Assembly (NCBI GenBank): GCA_964350735.1
Contig: CAYGKO010000001.1
Location: 310,578-374,577, forward strand
Source of the DNA: an uncultured Candidatus Saccharibacteria bacterium
GTDB lineage: Bacteria > Patescibacteriota > Minisyncoccia > Phycocordibacterales > UBA918
Direction of reading: 5' to 3'
Length of the DNA: 64,000 nt
This document shows, piece by piece, positions 57,653 through 64,000 of this stretch. Within the stretch, counting starts at the first letter, position 1, and each line of letters starts with the position of its first letter. Under the pieces are notes generated by a model that was given only the letters and a program-made list of their open reading frames with translations, ran no database searches and was not told where the DNA came from. Position numbers and translations under genes: made by a program.

Positions 57653-58738
57653 ATGGATTTTTCGCTATCTAACCTTCTCACAACACTTAAGAAACAAGCC
57701 GGAGCCACAGACTCGAAAGTGGTTGGTATTGATTTGGGGAGCTCGTCAATCAAAGTAGTTGAGTTAGAAAATACGGATCGTGCCATCACCTTAAAAACCT
57801 ATGGCGAGTTGCAATTGGGCCCTTATGGAGAAACAGACCTAGGAAGTACAGTGCAACTGAGTGAAGAAAAGCGCATTGAAGCATTAGTTGATGTACTCCG
57901 GGAGGCGAATGTGAAAGCTAAAGCTGGAGTTCTGGCGATGCCATTATCGTCTAGTTTTGTGGTTACCATCCCGTTGACGATTGGCCAAGACGAAGATATT
58001 GAGAACAAGATCCCAATAGAGGCACGCAAATATATACCGGTTCCATTGAGTGATGTGATTTTAGATTGGACAGAGCTTCCAGTACATGGAAATACTGAAT
58101 CATCGGTACATGAGGTTTTGCTTGCAGCTATTCAGACAGATGAACTGGCGACACTCAATAGTATTATGCGTGCAGTCAGTATGAGTTCTCAACCTTCAGA
58201 AATTGAAGTCTTTAGTGCAGTGCGCGCTATTCAAAAACCCGGTGTTGCTACTACTGTCATTATTGATATGGGGGCTCAGGTGACTAAGTTATACATCGCT
58301 AATGACGGTGTGTTAGAACGAATCCATCGGGTGTCAGTTGGTGGCACCTCAATCACAAACAAACTCGCACAACTGTTACAGGTTTCATTTCAAGAGGCTG
58401 AGAATATGAAGCGAAGCAAAGAGTTGCAACCTGAAGTCAAACAAGAGCTCGACAAAGTGACCTCGAGTACATTAAGTGGTGCCTTGCAAGAATTCAAGCG
58501 TATTATCGATCAATATGAAAGTCGCACTTCACTACAGATTTCAACTGTGGTGCTGGTGGGTGGGGTAGCTCAAATGTCAGGTGTCGCTAGTGTGGCGCGT
58601 GAAGTGCTGGGGCGAGATGTCCAGATTGGTAACGCGTTTGATAAAGTAGCGTATCCAGCATTTATGGAAGATACGCTGAAAGAAATCGGTCCAAATTTCG
58701 CTGTGAGTTTAGGGGCCGCTCTTCGAGCGCTCGAGTAG
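57653..58738 (+). CDS. pilM: Type IV pilus assembly protein PilM
   Basis: VGIDLGSSSIKVVEL, EARKYIP, IIDMGA, LVGGVA, GAALR. Confidence 0.92.
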   Translation: MDFSLSNLLTTLKKQAGATDSKVVGIDLGSSSIKVVELENTDRAITLKTYGELQLGPYGETDLGSTVQLSEEKRIEALVDVLREANVKAKAGVLAMPLSSSFVVTIPLTIGQDEDIENKIPIEARKYIPVPLSDVILDWTELPVHGNTESSVHEVLLAAIQTDELATLNSIMRAVSMSSQPSEIEVFSAVRAIQKPGVATTVIIDMGAQVTKLYIANDGVLERIHRVSVGGTSITNKLAQLLQVSFQEAENMKRSKELQPEVKQELDKVTSSTLSGALQEFKRIIDQYESRTSLQISTVVLVGGVAQMSGVASVAREVLGRDVQIGNAFDKVAYPAFMEDTLKEIGPNFAVSLGAALRALE

Positions 58739-58791
58739 TCTGTCCACATCAGGATACAATATTACTCTAGAAGCATCGTATACTATCTCTA

Positions 58792-59613
58792 ATGGCACAG
58801 ACAGGATCTTTTATTCCCAAGCAGGCGAAACCAGTAGCGTCACGCACTCGTACTGTACGAAAAGTATACTTATTTAGCTACATCAGCTACGTTGTATTTT
58901 TTGGAACACTGTTAGTGGTAGCTGCTCTGTTTGTATACGAAGTGCAAATAAATAAAAATTTAAATAATCAAAAATCAGCACTGATCGCAGAGCGCGAGAG
59001 TTTTAGTCAAAGTGATATTGAAAGAGTTCGTGAATTTGAGGCAAGACTGCTGACTGCAAATATGTTGTTTTCTCAGCATGCAGCTGTTTCAGTGCTGCTT
59101 GAAGGGTTTGAGAAGACAGTTCTTGAGAATGTTCAATTTAATAACTTTAGCTTCTTACGTGAACCTGATGGTACGTATGTAGCGAGTGCAGAAGGAGTAA
59201 CGTCAGACTTTGATTCATTGTTGTTCCAGCGACAAGTACTAAAAGAAGATGATTTGTTTTCTCAATCTGAAATCTCCAACATCGGATTCAGTTCGACCGA
59301 GGATGAGGATAGTGCTTCAAGCGAATCTCGTATTTCATTTACATTAAAAAAAGTCGTCACTCCAGCAGAAATTTCATATATGAATATAGCTGCAGCGCAA
59401 GCAAACGCACCAGAATCTACTGACGACAGTCTGTCCGCATCGCTTGCAGATGACACGGTGCTTTTTGACCAAGTGAATGAAGATGTAGTTGAATTCGCAG
59501 AAGATTTTTCTGATACAGCACAAGACACAGGATTTTTTGAAGATGGTTTTGCTGAAACACCGGATGCTAATGTAAATGACCAGATGGATCAATTTAACCA
59601 AAATCAGCAATAG
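58792..59613 (+). CDS. PilN-like protein
   Basis: SFIPK N-terminus, one TM, coiled coil; position after pilM. Confidence 0.65.
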   Translation: MAQTGSFIPKQAKPVASRTRTVRKVYLFSYISYVVFFGTLLVVAALFVYEVQINKNLNNQKSALIAERESFSQSDIERVREFEARLLTANMLFSQHAAVSVLLEGFEKTVLENVQFNNFSFLREPDGTYVASAEGVTSDFDSLLFQRQVLKEDDLFSQSEISNIGFSSTEDEDSASSESRISFTLKKVVTPAEISYMNIAAAQANAPESTDDSLSASLADDTVLFDQVNEDVVEFAEDFSDTAQDTGFFEDGFAETPDANVNDQMDQFNQNQQ

Positions 59614-59615
59614 TT

Positions 59616-60230
59616 ATGGCTTACCGTTCAATCACACAAATTATATTGCTCGTCATTGCATTGGTGGTTATTTTTTCGTACATAAAGCCAAAGATGGCGG
59701 AAATAAAAGTAGTGCAAGATGAGGTAGTGCAATACGAGGAGGCGGTGAATAAAGCAACTGAATTTAATATGCTACTCTCATCGCTTTTGACGAAGAGTGC
59801 TGACTTTACGCAAGAAGAAGTCAAAGCATTAGAACGATATGTGCCTGGCGATCAAGATATGGTTTCTGTGGCACGAGATTTAAATATTATCGCAGATCGA
59901 GCTGGAGTGGCCTTTGTTTCAGTTGGATTGGAAGAAGTTAGAGAAACGACTGGTCGGAGTGCTCGTTCAGGAGCACAAGGTGCGAATGAAGATGCTGTTG
60001 GTAATGATCTTGTCAGTCAAGAAATTACCGTTTCCATTTCAGGAACGTACATAAATAGTAAAGAGTTCATTAAGCTTGTCGAAAGCAATGCGTATCCGCT
60101 TGAATTGATCTCACTAGAGCTAAACGGAAATGGATCAGAAGGGGCTGAGTCTCTCGAGCTGATTTCAGAAGAAGCGGAGTATAGCTTTACGCTCGTATAT
60201 GAAACATATAGCCTAAATACACAAATATAA
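59616..60230 (+). CDS. PilO-like protein
   Basis: TM, coiled coil, ISGTY..FIKLVES motif; synteny. Confidence 0.7.
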   Translation: MAYRSITQIILLVIALVVIFSYIKPKMAEIKVVQDEVVQYEEAVNKATEFNMLLSSLLTKSADFTQEEVKALERYVPGDQDMVSVARDLNIIADRAGVAFVSVGLEEVRETTGRSARSGAQGANEDAVGNDLVSQEITVSISGTYINSKEFIKLVESNAYPLELISLELNGNGSEGAESLELISEEAEYSFTLVYETYSLNTQI

Positions 60231-60232
60231 GT

Positions 60233-60529
60233 ATGAGTTCCTTAATCAAAAATACCTTAATCCTGGGAGGGCTACTAGTTTTAGCTGGACTGGGTTACTA
60301 CCTCTTTGTTATTAACAGTTCAAGTGTTATTCAAGTTAATAATGAACAAGTTTCACTCCAAGCGGAAGCAGAAACTCAGGATTTCCTTCGGCGCCTTAAT
60401 GAACTAAAGACAATTGAATTATCAAGTTCATTGTTTACAGGGACTGACTTTTTACGTTTAGTAGACTACACCACTCCAATTCAACCTCAAACAATCGGAA
60501 GAGACGATCCCTTTAAACCAGTATTCTAA
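60233..60529 (+). CDS. Small pilus-cluster protein (PilP position)
   Basis: TM and C-terminal GRDDPFKP. Confidence 0.65.
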   Translation: MSSLIKNTLILGGLLVLAGLGYYLFVINSSSVIQVNNEQVSLQAEAETQDFLRRLNELKTIELSSSLFTGTDFLRLVDYTTPIQPQTIGRDDPFKPVF

Positions 60530-60535
60530 ATCGTT

Positions 60536-62332
60536 ATGGATTTATTGGATGCACTTAAGTCAAAAAGCCTGATCACAGAAGATGTGTTCTCAGCTGCTGC
60601 CGAAAAAGTTACTGAAGGCATGACAGAAGAGGCTGCCTTGCTTAGCTTGGATGTTTCTGCTGATTTAGTACGGGAAGAGCAGGCTTCATACTATGGACTA
60701 GCTCCGTACAAACCCGCTGAAACAGAATCCATTGCTGAAGAGATTTTAAATTACCTGTCTGAAGATTCTGCCCGTCACTATAAAATTGTTCCTTTGAGAA
60801 TCGATGAGGGAGTTCTATTGGTTGCGACTAATGATCCAGAGAGTTTACAGATCCGCGAGGTATTAAACTTCGTTAGTACAAAACACAATGTTCCGTATAA
60901 ATTAGTTTTTGTACTAGAAAATGATCTTGATGCACTTTTGAGTGCATACGACTCATTGACTGGTGAAGTAGGGCAAGCATTAACGTCTCTCGAAACAGAG
61001 CTAGATCAAGAGATTGCAGAAAAACAAAAAGAGAAGCCTGGAGGGAATAAAGCCCAGGAACACATTGAAGAAGATGCTCCGGTAACAAAAATTGTAGCAA
61101 CTATTCTCAGATATGCAGTTGATGGCGGCGCTTCTGATATTCACGTTGAGCCGTTTGATGATCAGATTCGAGTTCGCTTTCGGGTTGATGGTGATTTACA
61201 AACTAGTTTGCAGCTGCCAAAAAATGTACAGTCAGCAGTTGTGGCCCGAGTAAAAATTCTGTCTTCTATGCGTTTAGATGAGCGGCGCAAGCCACAAGAT
61301 GGGCGCTTCTCAGCAACCTTTGATGGCAGAAAGATTGATTTTCGGGTGTCTGTATTACCTACCAGTCACGGCGAGAAGGTCGTGATGCGTATTTTGGATA
61401 ATTCGCGGGGAGTGACCTCACTTGAAGACACGGGGATTTCTGCTTCCCATATGGAGGTGATCAAGCGAGTGGTGAAAGAACCTTACGGAATCATTCTTAT
61501 CTCTGGTCCAACTGGTTCTGGTAAATCCACAACTTTGTATTCAATGCTTGGGGAAGTAGATAAACTTTCTAAGAACGTACTTTCACTAGAAGATCCAGTT
61601 GAGTACAACATCGAGGGTGTTAGCCAATCGCAAGTGCGGCCAGAAATTGGTTATACGTTTGCGCATGGATTACGTTCGGCTCTTCGGCAAGATCCAGATA
61701 TTATTATGGTTGGTGAGATTCGAGATAAAGAGACTGCGCAGCTGGCAATTCAGGCGGCACTAACTGGGCACTTGGTGTTTTCTACCATTCACACTAATAA
61801 TTCGATTGGAGTAATTCCTCGTTTGATAGATATGGGTGTTGATCCCTATCTTATTGCTCCAACTCTAAAGTTGGCGATTGCACAACGACTAGCCCGTCGT
61901 ATTTGCCCTGGAACAGGAAAGGAAATGCCGGTTGAAGGATCGGTAAAAATGATGATGGAGAAAGAATTTGAAACTTTGCCAGAACAATATCGCGATGTTA
62001 TTCCAACTAGTAATACTGTTCTTCATCCAGAACCATCAGCTGGTTGTGCATCAGGAACCAAAGGTCGGGTGGCTGTCATGGAAACATTGCAAATCAGTCC
62101 TGAAATTGAAAACATGATTTTAACCGGTGGTTCTGAAGAAGATATTTACAACGCAGCTAGGAAGCAAGGCTTCACTAGTATGAAAGAGGATGCGATCATC
62201 AAGGCCTTAAATCACGTCATTCCGTACGAGGAAGTGAATACTTTTGGTACTAAAGTTGGAAAAGATAATGTACTTAATGAAACGCACTCGCCTGTCGATA
62301 ACCTAGAAGAAGACGCTGCGAGTGACGTATAA
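60536..62332 (+). CDS. pilB: Type IV pilus assembly ATPase PilB/GspE
   Basis: ASDIHVEP, PQDGRF, GPTGSGKSTT, LRQDPDIIMVGEIRD, TGHLVFSTIHTN. Confidence 0.93.
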   Translation: MDLLDALKSKSLITEDVFSAAAEKVTEGMTEEAALLSLDVSADLVREEQASYYGLAPYKPAETESIAEEILNYLSEDSARHYKIVPLRIDEGVLLVATNDPESLQIREVLNFVSTKHNVPYKLVFVLENDLDALLSAYDSLTGEVGQALTSLETELDQEIAEKQKEKPGGNKAQEHIEEDAPVTKIVATILRYAVDGGASDIHVEPFDDQIRVRFRVDGDLQTSLQLPKNVQSAVVARVKILSSMRLDERRKPQDGRFSATFDGRKIDFRVSVLPTSHGEKVVMRILDNSRGVTSLEDTGISASHMEVIKRVVKEPYGIILISGPTGSGKSTTLYSMLGEVDKLSKNVLSLEDPVEYNIEGVSQSQVRPEIGYTFAHGLRSALRQDPDIIMVGEIRDKETAQLAIQAALTGHLVFSTIHTNNSIGVIPRLIDMGVDPYLIAPTLKLAIAQRLARRICPGTGKEMPVEGSVKMMMEKEFETLPEQYRDVIPTSNTVLHPEPSAGCASGTKGRVAVMETLQISPEIENMILTGGSEEDIYNAARKQGFTSMKEDAIIKALNHVIPYEEVNTFGTKVGKDNVLNETHSPVDNLEEDAASDV

Positions 62333-62335
62333 TAA

Positions 62336-62704
62336 GTGAATATGAAGATCTTGCTTGTTGACGATGACGCATTCTTGCGTGATATGTATGCAACTAAATT
62401 TACTGAAGCGGGTCACGAGGTTTTAGTTGCGTCAGGTGGGCAAGCGGGACTTGTTTCAATTGATGAGAACGGTCCGTTTGATGTTATCTTACTTGATATG
62501 GTTATGCCGGGCTTGAGTGGAGTAGATTTCTTAAAAGAGATTAAGCTCCGTGATGATACTGCTGCAACAAAATGTATAGTGCTATCAAACCAAGGGGAGG
62601 AGAGTGATAAAAAAGCTGCTACAGACGCTGGCGCAGCCGGGTATATCGTAAAGGCAGAATCAATTCCTAGTGAAGTAGTAGCCCAAGTTGAAAGTTCAAT
62701 ATAA
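62336..62704 (+). CDS. Single-domain response regulator
   Basis: ILLVDDD, ILLDMVMP, VLSN, YIVK. Confidence 0.9.
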   Translation: MNMKILLVDDDAFLRDMYATKFTEAGHEVLVASGGQAGLVSIDENGPFDVILLDMVMPGLSGVDFLKEIKLRDDTAATKCIVLSNQGEESDKKAATDAGAAGYIVKAESIPSEVVAQVESSI

Positions 62705-62707
62705 TTT

Positions 62708-63778
62708 ATGACAAAAGTTGATTACAAAAAAGAATTAAAAGATTTAGTTGATATTGTCATTTCAGAATCTGGTTCAGACCTACACTTATCGGTAGGGTCT
62801 CATCCGATGATTCGGGTATCTGGTTCACTTATTCCACTCGTCAAAAAACCAGTATTAACTAATGAAGATGTGGGCGGTTTTTTAGAGGCTATGATGACAG
62901 CTGATCAATACGCTGCTTTTCAAGACAGATTAGAGCTCGACTTTTCATATGCACACGGAGAAGAGGTTCGTTTCCGAGGTAATGCTTTTTATGAGAGGGG
63001 ACAGATGTCAGCCGCACTGCGACATATCCCTAACACCATTCGAACTCTAGAAGATTTGGCGTTACCTCCAATCTTGGAAAGCTTCGCCCTACGACCACAA
63101 GGATTCTTCCTGTGTGTGGGGCCGGTTGGTCAGGGAAAATCAACCACCCTAGCGGCTATGGTACAGCTGGTCAATGACAATAGGTCAGATCATATTATTA
63201 CTATCGAAGACCCGATCGAGTATGTCTTTACCGCTAATCAATCACTCATCGATCAGCGAGAAGTTCGGGTAGACACTAAGGACTTTGGGGTTGCTCTGCA
63301 TTCTGCTCTACGACAAGATGTGGATGTGATTATGGTAGGAGAGATGCGTAATCCTGAAACGATTGCGACAGCGGTAACGGCAGCAGAGACTGGTCACTTG
63401 GTGCTCTCAACGCTGCACACTAATAGCGCAGCCCAAACCATTGACCGTATTATTGATAGTTTCCCAGCTGGTCAACAAGATCAGATCAGGGTTCAGCTAG
63501 CGGGCTCTTTGGCTGGAATATTCTCACAGCGTCTGATTCCTCGTATTTCTGGTGGGATGGTTCCTGCGTATGAATTACTGATTAATAACAGTGCTGTTTC
63601 AAACCTAATCCGTGAACATCGAACTCACGAAATTCAAACGGTGATTGAGACTGGTTTAGAGCACGGCATGATTGACATGAATCGATCGCTCGTCGACTTG
63701 GTAAAGAAGGGTGAGATCACGGTAGAGAATGCATTTGCGTATTCCATTAATCCTAAAGGTCTGGAACGACTAATGTAA
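62708..63778 (+). CDS. pilT: Type IV pilus retraction ATPase PilT
   Basis: SDLHL, GPVGQGKSTT, ITIEDPIE, AAETGHLVLSTLHTN, NLIRE. Confidence 0.93.
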   Translation: MTKVDYKKELKDLVDIVISESGSDLHLSVGSHPMIRVSGSLIPLVKKPVLTNEDVGGFLEAMMTADQYAAFQDRLELDFSYAHGEEVRFRGNAFYERGQMSAALRHIPNTIRTLEDLALPPILESFALRPQGFFLCVGPVGQGKSTTLAAMVQLVNDNRSDHIITIEDPIEYVFTANQSLIDQREVRVDTKDFGVALHSALRQDVDVIMVGEMRNPETIATAVTAAETGHLVLSTLHTNSAAQTIDRIIDSFPAGQQDQIRVQLAGSLAGIFSQRLIPRISGGMVPAYELLINNSAVSNLIREHRTHEIQTVIETGLEHGMIDMNRSLVDLVKKGEITVENAFAYSINPKGLERLM

Positions 63779-63779
63779 T

Positions 63780-64000
63780 ATGCTTTTTTCCTATAAAGCA
63801 ATCGATCAGAATAATGCTTCCCGTGAAGGGACAGTAGAAGCGGCTAACGTTGACGCGGCTATTTCTACGGTACAGAAACGTGGATACACGGTGGTATCCA
63901 TTGATCCTATCGATACTAATAAAAATATTTTAAATCTTGAAATTACTTGGTTTCAGTCTATTTCAAACAAAGAACTGGTGATTCTTTCCCGTCAAATTGC
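63780..64000 (+). CDS. pilC: Type IV pilus platform protein PilC/GspF (5' part, runs off the window)
   Basis: Hand translation MLFSYKAIDQNNASREGTVEAAN..KRGYTVVSI..KELVILSRQI. Confidence 0.8.
   Translation, partial: MLFSYKAIDQNNASREGTVEAANVDAAISTVQKRGYTVVSIDPIDTNKNILNLEITWFQSISNKELVILSRQI

Noticed and set aside
57011-64000. Type IV pilus and comF cluster as a novelty
   Set aside because: Ordinary conserved gene set for this kind of genome

Overview
Bacterial chromosomal window; gene content and protein style suggest Patescibacteria/CPR, Parcubacteria-like (inference). The left arm (1-16.4 kb) has ftsH, a large repetitive secreted protein, a MacAB-type ABC exporter, tRNA-Ile with a rare UAU anticodon, recG, GtrA, malic enzyme and an ACP-like plus hot-dog-fold pair. 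Two tRNA-Ser genes follow (GCT and a rare ACT). The 3' end of tRNA-Ser(ACT) is a tandem integration hotspot with a CCGC core. Element 1 (about 26 kb) carries a Cu/Zn/redox cargo block, a serine recombinase, Ltp, terminase genes, a ParB-methylase, a LexA-like repressor and a CBASS-like locus. Element 2 (about 6 kb) carries a second serine recombinase, an HUH Rep and an alpha-CTD-like protein. Element 3 is a 0.64 kb one-gene element sharing the ends of element 1. Both tRNA-Ser 3' ends are associated with a non-coding repeat made of a constant scaffold plus variable segments antisense to the cognate tRNA 3' end, and one copy recreates a usable att site. The right arm (50.4-64 kb) has a queuosine precursor transporter, recQ, a Fur-family/ZIP pair with operator boxes, a two-component pair, comF and a type IV pilus cluster. 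All protein calls rest on motif recognition by eye; no database search was run.
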